This document shows, in pieces, positions 27,646 through 41,114 of a stretch of 64,000 bases of DNA (position 1 is the first letter of the stretch; each line of letters opens with the position of its first letter). The position numbers and the translations under genes were made by a program. Source of the stretch: Phoronis australis (taxonomy: Eukaryota > Animalia > Phoronida). The stretch covers positions 2,086,933 to 2,150,932 of the forward strand of contig NMRA01000001.1 of assembly GCA_002633005.1 (NCBI GenBank). The letters are read 5' to 3'. Below the pieces are notes generated by a model. That model was not told the origin of the DNA. It did not search any database and worked only from the letters and a program-made list of their open reading frames with translations.

Positions 27646-28040
27646 CTGTGGTCAAATGATAAAAACTTATCAACAAGTCTGTACATTACCGTAATCAAAT
27701 ACCTACAACACTAAAGAATTTAACTCTGTAAAAGTAACTTTCTTAAAGTAGAAAGACTGTAGACCTTTACATTATAACTTTTTCCAATCGGTCGTTAATT
27801 AGGTCACATTAGAATGTCTATTAAATAGTAAAATTTCGCAAAAAAGAAAGACACATTTCATTTTAAAACAACAATATCAATGATATGACAATTAAATACA
27901 CACTAAGCACGAAACAAACTGTATACGGATTTCCTAATAACGTGCATTATAGATTGCGTACAATGGCGATCATCATTCTTATTCACATGATTTCAATATT
28001 TTGAACACATGACAGAGTTTGAAACAATGTCATTCTTTAC

Positions 28041-28140
28041 CTTGGAGCCTGAGAAACATTGCGACCCGCACAGACCTTCCAGTTTACCACATTCCACATA
28101 GGTGCACTTGTCAGCATCAGGGATTATGGTAGGCTTGATT
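28041..28140 (-). CDS. USH2A: Usherin exon w40 (Cys-rich region)
   Basis: KCTYVECGKLEGLCGSQCFSGSK. Confidence 0.87.
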
Positions 28141-28523
28141 CTGTACGAGAGAAAATTACAATGAACACACCTGCAATACTTATTCAGCAAGGAAATGTGG
28201 TCAAGTGTGACAGACCATACCTGCAGTACTGCTGGGTGGAATTCTTTATGGACAAATATGAATTTAGTGACAGTAGACTTTACCTCAATTTGTCAAATAT
28301 TTGCATAATTGCAAATGATTTTTATGGTGCTGTTCAAAACTGTCTAGCAGTTGTACTACAAATATCACTATGTGTAACTGATATATAATCACCGACAAAG
28401 ATCATAAACGAAAATAATGAAATCAAGTAACTTTAAACATGAACCATGAGAGTAGCTAAATGTTTGCTATAGAAACAATATAAATTCCACAAAAAGGAGC
28501 ATTGCACAGGTTGTCAGACTTAC

Positions 28524-28732
28524 ACATCAGAACAATCCTTCACAGTCTGTCTTATGATATCGTATCGGAGGATGATGCCATTAGGCTGCGCAGGTTGTGT
28601 CCATGTGACGTCGATGGAGTATGGGCCTAGTGTACGAAGGTTGGGTCGCGACAGCTGGTCAGGCACTGATTCGGCAGTGGTGCCCTTGGTGGTATTACTC
28701 TTTAGGCAGGCAAACTGGGTACACACCTCCAC
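28524..28732 (-). CDS. USH2A: Usherin exon w39 (FN3)
   Basis: VEVCTQFACLKSN...WTQPAQPNGIILRY. Confidence 0.92.
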
Positions 28733-29081
28733 CTAGTGGGTAACACAGGGACTAATGTGAAAAGGTTCTAGTAAGTCATGTCGCAACCAAGATTCCTGCA
28801 CACATGGCATTCATTTTCCAGGAGTTTTCCAGGGTCTTAATTTTCAGGATTTTTTCCCATAATAAAGAAGACATAGTCTAAGAATTACTTCAAGCATAAC
28901 AACTCACCAATGATTGCCAACATTATCAAATTTGTTTAATAGTCTTTTTTCGGGCATGACAATTATTTTTGTCATTTTTCATCTTTCAGCGACAGCTAGG
29001 AAACATTGAATGACTATAATTCACAAACAGCATAACTGCACTTAACAACTTCACAACACCCAAGTTTCCACGGCAACTCAC

Positions 29082-29284
29082 CTGAACTGAGTAAATGGTG
29101 TAGGGCTGAAGACCTCCTAGTACATATGATCCAGCAGTGACCATGTTGGGATCCACCTTGCGGCCGTCCACGTAGATATAAAACCCAGTGATAGCTCCAT
29201 TGGGTTGGCTGGGCATAGTCCAAACCACACGAAGGGCGTTGTTGCTGATCACAAAAAGTTGAGGGGGGGCCAAGCCCTCGGGAG
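29082..29284 (-). CDS. USH2A: Usherin exon w38 (FN3)
   Basis: PEGLAPPQLFVISNNALRVVWTMPSQPNG. Confidence 0.92.
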
Positions 29285-29626
29285 CTGCATTAAACATAAG
29301 TTTGAAGGGTGAAATCAACTATGCTGTTTTATCGGACAATGTGTTTTTGAGATGTTTTCCGTGTTCATAAGTATTAATTAATATAAAAACAAAACAACTG
29401 TATTGATAACACGAAAGCATTTTAAAACATTTCTCGAGTAAAAATACTCGCTTTTTAAAAAAACCCAATTTTCCTCATTTTTTGATTTTGGAAACTGTAG
29501 CTTTAACTTTACTTTAAATACGTATTTAGAACAACAGTGGTAGGTTGGTAGGAAAACTTCACAAAAACATTAATTGTTAAACAAAAACTTGTGTCCATAA
29601 AAATTTGATGTGAAATATTCACAAAC

Positions 29627-29839
29627 CTCCATCAAGAGTCGTGGCATACACAGGCTGACTAGCGATTGACGCTCCACCATTGATGACGATGGTTACTGTC
29701 ACTTCATACAATGTATTAGGCTGAAGACCAGAAATCAGGGATGAGTTGACTGGCGCTTTAAACTCACGAGTCTGTGTCGTACTACCAGCCTTGATTAATA
29801 CACGGTATACTTCAACTTGACCTTGCAGATCAACGACAC
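29627..29839 (-). CDS. USH2A: Usherin exon w37 (FN3)
   Basis: DLQGQVEVYRV...SGLQPNTLYEVTVTI...TTLDG. Confidence 0.9.
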
Positions 29840-30340
29840 CTAGGAGCAGATAAGTTCAAAGGTCATGACCTAACCAACTACTAAGAAGCTTCCAATGAAG
29901 CAGGCATTTTAAACCAGCAGCAAAATGCAGTTAATTCAAATAACAAGAGCCTTCTTTAAAGAAAACGTCGTCATGAGTAATCTATTCACGCGGTTACACC
30001 GCAGTCATTTCTTTCAAAACTGACACAACACAAAGTTTGATAATAAACCACTGATACACAACTACTCATTTCCTGAAAGACACAAGACATTTTTGGAAAT
30101 AAAATGGATGTACAATAATTATTGAAATGGCAAAACAAAGACAAACCATTCAAGACTAACTAATGTCAACTGCACTCAACATTGACCTTGATAAACACCT
30201 TTCCATCCTAAATATAAAGCATTCATCCGTCCTCGGATTATCTTTTCCCACCAAGGGCTTGTGTATACTTATAGATGCAACCATATCAGACAATTCCCTG
30301 CTAGGGTATCTCTCATTCAATGACTGCCTCAGTGACTTAC

Positions 30341-30586
30341 TTGGAGTAGTCCATGATACACGAATGGCCACATGACTGACAGCACGGGCGGTGACCACAG
30401 CGGGTGATCGAGGCACGCCTCCAAATGTAGACACCTCTGCTGAGGTACCACTTACAAGTGAGCCTTCGTCATTGATGGCGCTTACGCGGTAGACGTAGGT
30501 GGTGAACATGGTTAGACCACGATCCTCAAAGTAGGTATTAGTGCCCACGTAAACATTCTGCCAGAAATTGAATCCCGAGGCTGAGG
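30341..30586 (-). CDS. USH2A: Usherin exon w36 (FN3)
   Basis: WQNVYVGTNTYFEDRGLTMFTTYVYRV; a second in-frame acceptor exists 6 nt inside (30580). Confidence 0.9.
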
Positions 30587-31563
30587 CTGGAAAGAGGTAA
30601 AATTCAGTGTTAGACAACCACCTAGCTCTATTAGAAATTTAATCAAAATGACACGTCCAGTGCAACACGAATCCATTGTTCGGTAATGCATGAAAATGCA
30701 GTTACAGGTGTATATGGAATAGGTGATAATACCAACCGTGACAAAATCATTGATAAAAACAATAACCGATAAAATTTCATTTTAAAGAACTGCCAATTTG
30801 TAGTTGTTTTGAACACAAACACTTCCCCAATTTTTATATCAAGGTTTTCCCTCCTCCCCTGCTGACTTTACTGGAACAGCCCTGACTGACTTTCATGTTT
30901 TACAAACAACAAATAGTTTACAATGAATGCGGTATGGGTATATCTGACTCATTGAATATCGTAAAGCAGAGTGAAATTTAAAAGAATTTCTGGCCTGGTT
31001 CCTAAGATAAACGAATTGTTGACAGGGCTGAAGAAAAGGCTAGGTTTGGACAGGGCATGGAAAAATAACCAGTCTGTAGAAATTGGTCTATCAATCAAGA
31101 AATTATAGAACTGGCAACTGAACTTTGTGTAAACAACGACAAGGAGGAAAAGAAAATGGAAAAGGACTTTCACAAAATAGACAGATAGTGGGTTTCCCAA
31201 CTGAGCAAGGAAGGTAGCACAAATTCAAAATCTCATCGCATAACCTCGACAAGGTCAATAGCCTTAGAGGTGGAGAACAAACGTGAGGCCTTAAAAACCT
31301 CAGAAGACTTCACATCGTGTAGCAGCAGTTTATCAGTATGGGGTCCAGGGAAGTGGGACAAAATCCACATCGATGTCTCAGACAGTGATGTGAAAAAAGG
31401 ACTTTGCCCAAAAGTTACTACTGTATCAGCTAGCAGACAGTCAGAGTCATTTTTTTTTTCAATGTGACTGGTAAATATAGCTTGAAAAAATAACCTCAAA
31501 AAATAAAAGAATACGTGCAAAGATTGTGTGCTGGTACCTCCATGTGAGTATGTGAGTACTTAC

Positions 31564-31755
31564 AATCCAGCGGCTGTCTAAGTTTCTTGCGACTCAGCTC
31601 GTACTCCAAATTTGGTCCGTTGGGTCGCTGGGGGCGTTCCCAATTGACCTGTATGACAGTACGCGACACAGGCGTGGTTGTGGGAGGATTTAACCCCTGG
31701 GGTCGTGCGGCCGCAGTAGTTATGACTGTGGGAGTACTCTCTGTACATCCGCCAT
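31564..31755 (-). CDS. USH2A: Usherin exon w35 (FN3)
   Basis: GGCTESTP...WERPQRPNGPNLEYELSRKKLRQPL. Confidence 0.9.
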
Positions 31756-32311
31756 CTGTAACAGTAAAACAATGATGAGAGCTGGAAACAGCAGGACTGA
31801 CCAAGTTAGAATATACGTTGACTGCACGTTTACTGCCATCTTTGTTAATTGTACAACTATTCGACACATGACATGCATCATAACTATAGTTCATCCAAGA
31901 TGCTAAACATGCAGACACAAATAACTACAGGGTGAATGTGGGAACATGACTGTTCACTTTTTATGCAATTCAGACGTGTAACCAATTATTAAGTACTTTC
32001 AAAATTAACATCAAAATTATGGCATAATTCTTCAAACATTATGTACCATTATAATAACAGCCCAAAACTGTCAATGACTATTTTTCAAACTAAGGCATAT
32101 CCAACTATTCCATGTATACTAACAAATATTAATAAAACAACCAAGATTTATGACGAATGCACAATTCTCATTGAGCTAAATCATTTGAGTGACATCTGAA
32201 CCATTATTTTGACAAAATGAAATTCCACTAAGTCCTTCATACCGTGCGCCACACAGTTACCTCAGCACCACAATAACAATCGTCTTTATAATCACAATGT
32301 GCAATACTCAC

Positions 32312-32530
32312 CAGTGCAAGCCGTGATAGTAACTGAGTACTGCGTATATGGCACCAGGTCATCTACTTGCACCGATCGCACACTCGTGTTCCTCACCTCC
32401 ACTCTGGGCTCAGGCATGCGCACCACGTACCGCTCGAGCTGACCATTGGCACTGACCGGTGGTCTCCACTCGACCACAACGGACGTGGGCGACAGATTTC
32501 TCACAACAGGTGGTGACATTGGGCTAGGAC
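32312..32530 (-). CDS. USH2A: Usherin exon w34 (FN3)
   Basis: WRPPVSANG...LVPYTQYSVTITACT. Confidence 0.92.
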
Positions 32531-32948
32531 CTGGGAGAAAAGGTAGAAAAGATAATGCATTTATTTGAATTTATACTCTCTGCAAAACCTGCACTTCCAT
32601 CTAATACATCATTCAGTGCTAAGTCATTTTGGTATGAAATAGTTTTGTCAATAACATGATATGGTAACAGAGTTGCGATATATATTTACTGCATAAATTA
32701 TTAAAAAGTAGAAATGTCATTCATAGTACAGACAATTTCAACGAACACTTATTAAAAAACTTGTGCATTTTTTTAAGTAATAACATTATAGCCATGATTT
32801 TCTAATGCTGACTTACATATTTTTACATCTGACTGTTTCAGTGAGAGAGAGCCTGCAGTGAGAGAGAGCCTGCACAAAGTGAAACAAGGAATGTGAATAA
32901 ATGCTACATTAAGTGAAAAGCTCAATTTATTACAGGCACACTACTTAC

Positions 32949-33245
32949 GAGATGACTTTGTGGTGATTTCTGCCCAAGGACCATAGCCAACACCAGAGCT
33001 AGTCCTGGCCGTGATGCGATACTCGTACGTCATGTATGGTTTCAACTGGGCAGTCTCATCAACGAAACTACGTCCCTCGTTCATGTTAAAGCTCTGCAAA
33101 TCTGACACTGCACTTTCGCCCTTCTTTCGCCGTTGTATGCTGTAGCCAATCAGGATGCCGTTTGGTTTGGCGGGAACACCCCACTGGATAAGGACAGACG
33201 TCGGTGTCTCCGAGACCAAGACTGGTTTGGGAATTTCTTCCGGTT
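32949..33245 (-). CDS. USH2A: Usherin exon w33 (FN3)
   Basis: WGVPAKPNGILIGYSIQRR...LKPYMTYEYRI. Confidence 0.92.
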
Positions 33246-33686
33246 CTACAAAAAGTTTGCAAGAAGCATGTTAAATATTATTTAAATGTACCCAGGCATA
33301 TATCAAAAAGTATTTTTTAAGAACAGGAAGTGAAATGAAATATGTTCGTGATTTTCCGCATTCGGTGGCTTAATACCTGAATGCTCTCTTGTTCTCTTTC
33401 CTCTTAAACATCAGGAAAATCTCTAATGACAGCCTGCTTAATGAAGAGCTATGGAACTCCACTGTTGGTCTTGGCAACAGTTTACCAAGCCATTAGTTCA
33501 CCAAGCCATTAGTCCACCAAGTGAGAGAATAGAATTCTTCACCTTTTGGTTTGGTACCTACAGCTTAAACTTAGTAGCCCAACTGCAAATATGCAATACA
33601 GATTAAGAAAACACTTCACACAACTCAGCCTTAATACAAGTCCCACGACTTGCATGGTGTCCAATAATCAAAAGAGGGATATTCAC

Positions 33687-33822
33687 CTGCTGGCAGAGTC
33701 CTCTGTTGGGATGACGCCCCACTTCTAGTGCACCCAGCAATGGTGCAAGCTTCAATGGCAAACACGTAAAATGTGTACGGTGTTAGTGAGCCAACAGTAT
33801 GACTGGTTACATTTCCAGGAAC
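33687..33822 (-). CDS. USH2A: Usherin exon w32 (FN3)
   Basis: VPGNVTSHTVGSLTPYTFYVFAIEACTIAGC. Confidence 0.9.
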
Positions 33823-34527
33823 CTAGAAAGACAAATAGAATATCTTACACTGAATTCTCTTTTACCACCGAAGTACTTTAAACAGAATCTTACTGTCAAT
33901 GACTTCACAACTCTTGATTTTGACATCAATGTAACCGAATTCTTACTACGTAGCTTAATCCAATGAGTTGGTATTGTTCTTAGCTAGACATGTTAATTAA
34001 CATAAACTATGCATTTCTCAGTCATGATAATGTTCCCTAAAATGCATAATATTACAGACAGCTAAATGGTAAAATAACAAATGCTATGTAGAGCTGCTTG
34101 TGTTGCGTCAATGGCTCACTCACTTCCAGCTTGTTCCATACTCAAGAGTTTTAAGTCACAGGTAAGAAAGGAAGACATTCAATTTGTATTTATAGAGAAT
34201 TTCATCATCAGACACAGAAATCTAGAATGAGTTTTGCAAAGTTTAGGAAGAAATAAAAATATGTCATAAAGTCATATGATGCAAAACTCCTACACAAGCT
34301 GCTGCAAAGTTAATAATAAAAATAAGTCATACAGTCATATATGATACAAAACTCTTATGGAAGCTATCGCAAACTTTTGAAAGATTTGAAAGAAATCGAA
34401 TAGAGATCGATATATCAACACTCGTGCAGCAGTGGTCAAAAGACTTTGTTTCAGAATGAAGTGAATAAAAGATACCCTTTCGAAATTAAAGAAACAATTC
34501 ATAATTCCTGTACGCTGACCCACTTAC

Positions 34528-34664
34528 CGACTCTTTGTAAGCGTTATTGGTATATATCCTATAAATAGTTATGATGCCATTCAGAGGGAGTGGAGGAGTC
34601 CATGTAACGTCAATCTGGCGGGAGCCGACATTAGTAGTCATTGGGGGGTCTGGACGCCCAGGCA
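34528..34664 (-). CDS. USH2A: Usherin exon w31 (FN3)
   Basis: PGRPDPPMTTNVGSRQIDVTWTPPLPLNGII. Confidence 0.88.
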
Positions 34665-35039
34665 CTGAAATCAGACAGAGATAATTTATTTAATAATTTC
34701 CTCATAATAAATGTCGTAGTATGACCATTTCTTGCATCCAATCTATAGGGAAACGATAAGTGTACATTGGCTTATATTTCATGCCCAGAATTTTGTGACA
34801 CTTGGCTTACCTCTATTTAGAACATCTGGTTTAGGGCTCAGGTTAATTGGTCAGTTGTGTCATGTTCCGGGCAGAATTGATAGAGTGGACAACTGTGGCT
34901 TACATTTCACTTAGCAGGTCAAAGTTGTTTAGAACCTGTTTATGACCCGCATGGTACAATCTCTCTAATTTTGGATAAAAATAATTGCCAAAATTGTACT
35001 ATTTTCATTGTTCAAGTACTTCTAACGTTGTTGGGAATG

Positions 35040-35450
35040 CCCATATTTTTCAAGATATTGTCTGATGAACATCTAAATTCAGACAGAAGTTCAAAATTTA
35101 ATATTCATCTGCCCAGCTCCAATCATTACTATGAGCAATTCTCTTTCAATGACTTTGCTACAATAGACCAAGCAAAAACAACAAATGAGATAAAAATTCG
35201 TGAGGCTCTACACATCAAGTGGTGCAAGCCCAATCTCAATAGGCAACTGGCACACCACAGGTTGTCATTGTAAGTCTAGTCTACTGTTACTCCCCTGTAA
35301 CTGACTGTGTCTGTATATCATTACTTGTTGTTGGGCCCAGCAAGGTGGCTGCTGTTATTTCTTCTGAGGATGGTGTTTTAACAAATGCCGAAACATGTCA
35401 AGACTGTTTAAATCCGTCATTGTTTTTATGAACATTATCTGATGATACCT
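35040..35450 (+). mobile_element. Penelope-like retroelement 3' fragment (GIY-YIG endonuclease C-terminus plus pLTR sequence)
   Basis: EHLNSDRSS...HL...FATIDQAKTTNEIKIREALHIKWCKPNLNRQL, followed by a hammerhead motif. Confidence 0.8.
35360..35403 (+). ncRNA. Minimal type I hammerhead ribozyme motif
   Basis: tctt-CTGAGGA-t-ggtgttt(taac)aaatgcc-GAAA-catg-TC-aaga: intact core, stems I and II, palindromic minimal stem III. Confidence 0.75.
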
Positions 35451-35584
35451 GTGATAAAGAACTTGAACAAGGTAACAAGTAAGATTTTACCTTCTTTGCT
35501 CAACTCCTCCAAATCCATTCAAATCTACACGCTGTTTTGACTATACTGACCAAAACCACCAAGGGTACATAACACTCAACTTAC

Positions 35585-35727
35585 CATCTTGTTTGGTGTA
35601 AATGGACACCCATTCAGTTGGCGTCTGCCCATAGCTGTTACTGGCAACTAGTCTGAACTCGTACTTGGTGTAAGGAGTCAGGTTCTCGGTGAGGTGAGCC
35701 GTCGATGTGGTGGGACGGTTGAATAAA
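35585..35727 (-). CDS. USH2A: Usherin exon w30 (FN3)
   Basis: LTPYTKYEFRLVASNSYG. Confidence 0.9.
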
Positions 35728-36203
35728 CTGAAGGACAATTTAATATATTTTCATTCATTTACATTCTAAGGAAGTTCTCAATTTGACAACTGCGTATCTT
35801 GATTCTCTTGATAACATCTTGGCTCTAAATAATTAGTAACAAACTTTTAACTTTAACCGTATGTCACTTCAGAACACACCATGGAGGAAAAACAAAACAC
35901 AATTTTGATATAAAAATTCAGTAAAGATAAATATTAAAAAAACATTAAGTGAAGTTTGATATATGCAGTTCTCATTAAATAATTAGAAAACAAACTCTTC
36001 ACAAGAGCACTTTCATGAATGCAGCAAGCTTTTGATTGATGACATTAAAGAAAATGGTCAAAGCGTCACCACTTCTGACTTGAAGAACTGTTATTTTCAT
36101 TAATTTCCTTTTTATAGAAATCGATTGAAAAGATTAAAACATGCCCAAATTGACCAAAAATGCATTAAAAAAGGCAACATTCCCCTTAAAGAAGGCGACT
36201 TAC

Positions 36204-36348
36204 TCCTGTACAATTCCATTTGGTCCTCTTAATTGCAGCTGGAACACTGGCTGTACATCTGCGTTATATCTACCTACTGGCTGCCATGTTGCTTGAATTG
36301 AATTGGAGTCTGGAGACGAAAGGACAGGTGGTTTGACCCCATCAGGAC
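36204..36348 (-). CDS. USH2A: Usherin exon w29 (FN3)
   Basis: PDGVKPPVLSSPDSNSIQATWQPVGRYNA. Confidence 0.88.
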
Positions 36349-37345
36349 CTGCATGACAAGGAATAGTATGAGAGATATTCTTTTAAACCACCAGAGGTCG
36401 CTTGCAGTTATACACTTGATAGCAACAATGACCTTACATTAACACAAGCCATATTGCTACTGATGAACAACGTTCACTGCTTGGATTGCATGATTTGACT
36501 AATAAGCTTTCTAATTTTTCATACAACAAGGAAGGGAAGATATTCTCCACTAAGGCAAAACTTGGGACAATTATGTACGGATTTGAAAATGGCGCAATTG
36601 CTTTGAGTAGTCAGCTCATTCAACAACAATCCAAGATCAGATGAGTGCAGTAATGTTTCTAAAAGACAAAGCGCTTCCCTTGGGAATTCAATTTTGACGC
36701 GCTGCTTTACTGAAATGTTGTACGGGTGAGAAGCTGCGTTATAAGTACACTGGCCTAATAAATCACAGAGGTTTTGTTTGTGTAAAATCGTTGCGTGGCT
36801 CTAAGCCACCCACTGCAAAGAAGTAAACTACGACTAGGTGCTAGATCGGTTATAAGAACCCTGTGACCACCTCATCTGCTGGCCTTTTTGAAGATGTTGT
36901 AAGCACAATGAAATGCGAGAAATCCTCTCCGTCCCCGACATATTTCATCCGTCACCAAGTGGTGACTAGGATTGATATGCCATTCATTAACTTCTACTCT
37001 GAGATGCATATGCAAAAGTTTCATCTTCTTGCGCTATGACTCAACTACGAGTAACTCACGTAGCGCGTCAAACACAGCAAATTCACAAATATAATTGTGC
37101 AATGAGGCGATTGGTGGAGGATGAGTATAATAATAGTTTAACTGCAGGAGATCATGGCCTAAAACTAAGTGACTGTCAGGGCCACGACAGCTTCACATGG
37201 TAATGTGTTTCACATTTTTAATGACGAGGGAAACAGCTTTGCAGCAAAGAGTCTACTCTATACTTTGGCCAGAACTTCACTCCTCAACGTGTAGCTGTGG
37301 TTGAAAATTAGAGGTAGACCATCCTTAACAGCTAACAACCCTTAC

Positions 37346-37525
37346 CTCCCATGGGCATGTTGGCTGTCTTTACATCACTCAATAGATATCCCTTAGAATT
37401 AGACGCATTCACTTGAACTTCGTACTGAGAATGAGGCAGTAGACCGTCGATGTACACTTTGACGCCATAGTACTTAGCACTGAGAAGAGGACGGCGTTCC
37501 CTGACTGTATTGTAGTTCCAGTTGA
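37346..37525 (-). CDS. USH2A: Usherin exon w28 (FN3)
   Basis: IDGLLPHSQYEVQVNASNSKGYLLSD. Confidence 0.9.
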
Positions 37526-38097
37526 CTGTAATAGTGAGATGAACAAGATAAGTCTGAAGTGACATTTCAATAACTTTCATAAATATGCAGCAGGCAAATA
37601 GTTTCTCAAGGTTTAATGAGTAAACATTAAATTCTATTCACTGCCAGATTAACTGGACAAATAATTTAAAGTTCTTAGAGCATAACCCAGGAAAGACTTA
37701 CCTGCATGACATTTTGGTCACCTACCAGCTACCATTTTCAAACTGCTACTGACGATAGGTGGCGAAAATTGTCCGTGGCAGCAAGACGTTCACCCAAATG
37801 TCATGCAATAAGTTTTTCCTCAGTTGTGTACAAAGAATCTCCCTACATGTTGGATCCAACCGAATGAAAGAACAAAAAATAGTGATTTCAAGATCTGGTA
37901 AAAAAAGTAATAGAATTTAAAATACCAAGACATCCTGTTAGGCTACGTGACCAGTACTGACTTTGGCCAGCTTGGTTAATATGATAAAGGAGACATCTGT
38001 TCAAAATTCACTTTGAAAGTGAGAAAATAATTCGAGAAAAACTGCGGTATAACACAGCCATTTGTGTCACTTCACACAAGTCTCTCGGACCACACAC

Positions 38098-38415
38098 CTG
38101 GATCAACATAGAACAGCCCTGTGAAGAAGACAGTGTAGGTAATGACACCATTGGGTATTGGAACATTTGTCCATCTGGCGAGTACACTTCGCGATCCATT
38201 GACTGATAGTTCGAAGACGATGGCACCAGATGGTGCTGCTTCTTGCGTGAAGGCGATGATTTCCTCACTGCGACCACAACCCTTGCGTGTGCAGGCCTTG
38301 ACGTAGAACAGGTGTTTGGAGTAGGGTAGCAGTCCGCTGATTTCGTACTGACGCACCGTTTGGTGAGTGTACACGGCTAGACCATTATGATACAGAGTGT
38401 AACTAGTGATAACAC
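38098..38415 (-). CDS. USH2A: Usherin exon w27 (FN3)
   Basis: GLLPYSKHLFYVKACTRKGC...FTGLFYVDP. Confidence 0.92.
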
Positions 38416-38805
38416 CTGGAAAACAGGAACCACGTGGTTACTCAACAACAGCTTTATACGACTAAATCACACATGACTGCAGCTAGGATATATTTTAGTA
38501 GCATTCAAAAGATGCCATCTTTATGTTCTGTCAATACTGTATGTACAGACAGAAAAGAAAAACAACTTGCATGCGCTACAAATGTCCTTCAGAATTGACG
38601 GCTGATTAGGTAAGGCAAAGGCAAAAATGGCATAACATACTTTGAGAAAAAATACAATTCTAAAACTGAAACAGTTTGGCTGTCACAAAAATGACGCATA
38701 ACTATAATTTATAATAAAATGGAATGAATTTCTCACTCCTCAATTAACATCTTCAGGTTTCAAATAACTCAGACTTATCCTCCAGCTGTCATTTACATTG
38801 CTTAC

Positions 38806-38953
38806 CATTTGGTAAATCAGGAACTTTCCATTCTACGACCAGCTTGCTTGGACTGGGAGATGTTACATTTGGTGGACGCACCCCCTCTGGAGAACTTTCC
38901 TCAGTGGTGGCAGAACTGGGATTGCTCAGTCGACAACCACCACCAGTGCAGGC
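38806..38953 (-). CDS. USH2A: Usherin exon w26 (FN3)
   Basis: ACTGGGCRLSNPSSATTEESSPEGVRPP...WKVPDLPN. Confidence 0.9.
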
Positions 38954-39429
38954 CTGGAAGCAAATTTTTAGTAATGTTTAAAAATTAAATATAGTGGGAA
39001 GCAAACACAGCAAACACACTGCAGTACCATGTGGACTATTGTAAATCAGCTTGAACTATCAAGACAAAATTTAAATTTGAATGGACAAATAAATGATTTC
39101 ATCCTACCATCGATGAATCTGATTCTAAACCTGCTTGCTAACAGAGAACTGGTAACAATATGAGTTTTGCAATTTGCTAGACTTGTAATGAAATTTGTAG
39201 AAAGACCACACAAACCAAATAATTCCTGAGCACATATCTAGCATTAAATTGAGTTTGTGAAAAAATCTTGAATAGTTAATGAAATGCCAAGTGTTTATAC
39301 ACTAGCATGCGATACTAAGAAATTTGTCCAACTCTTTGATACAGCAACCCAGGCACAGGAAATCAAGAATACCAAACAACACTGTTATAATTGATGTTAC
39401 TTATCACTTGTCAACCAATCAAAACTTAC

Positions 39430-39617
39430 CGCTACACGAATGTAATAAGTTGTGCCAGCTGTTAAGTTCACCAAAGTTTTGTACAGAAACAAATCTGCAC
39501 TATCGTGCACACGCTCGCCGTTGGTGGTGGGGTTACGTGACACGTAGAGTTGATACCTCTCTAGTTTACCATTTAGCTGTGACGGCGTGGTCCACTTGAC
39601 ATGGATGCTACTTTTGT
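39430..39617 (-). CDS. USH2A: Usherin exon w25 (FN3)
   Basis: WTTPSQLNGKLERYQLY...LTAGTTYYIRVA. Confidence 0.9.
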
Positions 39618-40032
39618 CTGCAAAAGACAATATCGTGGTTATGGACTAGTGAAATTATCACCTATTTGCCAAGGAATGGACATGCAACTATCGCTGGTAA
39701 AATGCCCAGCAATTCCTGAACGTGTGTATTAATTGTTATTCCGTATCTGGTACAGATATGTTGTTTGAAACTGAAAAACATGATACAGGTATTAAATAAC
39801 CTTGTAAAATCAGTAAACGTTGACTTGCACTAAGTAGATATCACAGAACTACACTGTTTCGATAAAGTATCAATTATTTAACAACAAAAGGTAATCAGCT
39901 TTAAGTTTGCAAAGAAGAAAAACAGCAATACGGGAAATTATTTTTGTCCAGATTAAGTGTAGGATTACAATACTGTCACACCACAAAATGCCAACAGAGG
40001 GCGACGGTGATACAACATATGGCCTGCCTTAC

Positions 40033-40162
40033 CAAATACTGTGAGAGTTGGTGAATCCACGGAGGTAGGGGGCAGCTGTGCCGTAGTCTCTGTAACTGGA
40101 GGACTGGCTTTGCATCCCACTTTGGTACAGGCCTCCAAACGGAAAACATAGGAGGTGTACAC
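40033..40162 (-). CDS. USH2A: Usherin exon w24 (FN3)
   Basis: VYTSYVFRLEACTKVGC. Confidence 0.9.
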
Positions 40163-40941
40163 CTGCAAAAACAAATAAAGTTAGATGAACTGAATTAAAA
40201 GCAAACAGAAAGACAGCAACAGGTAGAGTAAAGTAAAACAAAATTTTTGTCTAAAATATCGCAGAAATGCATGTCCTTTGTCTGTTAATCCCTAGACCAA
40301 ATACAGATAAAATTACTGCCAGCCAAGAAGACATACCAGGTAATCAAACAAATAGTGCAGTTTCACAAAAGGTGTTAAATAAATGCTAAAAACTAAATGT
40401 TTCAATTGAAATGGGTTCCGATGAACCGTTCCGAGACTCATTCAATATACCAACAGTTTAATGCAACCACATCAGACAGGACCTACATTCTGTAGACCCG
40501 AGGCATTAGCCAGGCAATATGTAGAGAAATCACCACTTATGAAATGGAGACCATGAATTCTATTTCATAATTTAAGAACTCAATCACATAATTCAATATT
40601 CCAACCTCACTGACCAATCACTTCAATGGCTGCCGTTTTCCAAGCATACTTGTGAAACATTCGCTTTAACCTTGAGTGATTTTGGAGAGTCTTGGACAAT
40701 TGCGTTTTTCTAGGGAATGAAACTTGGTCTAACGGAGTGCAAAGTGGTTTACAATGAAGTTGTAAAGCAGTCCAAATATAGCACATCCAATTGAGAGGTT
40801 GGTGTATGCCAACAATCAGCAAGCTGACTTCATAGTTACAACAGTACTTCGAAGTCAAGATTCAATTCCCAATAAATCTGTACAAGTTGGACGAAGATGT
40901 ATATGTCAACACTAAGAGGACACAGGACACCACCAACTCAC

Positions 40942-41114
40942 CTGTAGATTTGTAACATTGGTTGACAACTGGCCCCCAGTGTGCACCTGACGACCATCCT
41001 GGTATAACAAGTAGCCTGTGATGATTCCATTTGGGTAGACTGGACGGGACCATTGAACGTGGATCCAGTAGGCCCCCTTAGACACAACACGCACAGGCTG
41101 CACTTGGTCTGGGG
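40942..41114 (-). CDS. USH2A: Usherin exon w23 (FN3)
   Basis: WSRPVYPNGIITGYLLYQDG. Confidence 0.9.

Noticed and set aside
40600-40860. Possible L1/Tx1 C-terminal remnant (AIFGLLYNFIVNH)
   Set aside because: Too short and degenerate to call.
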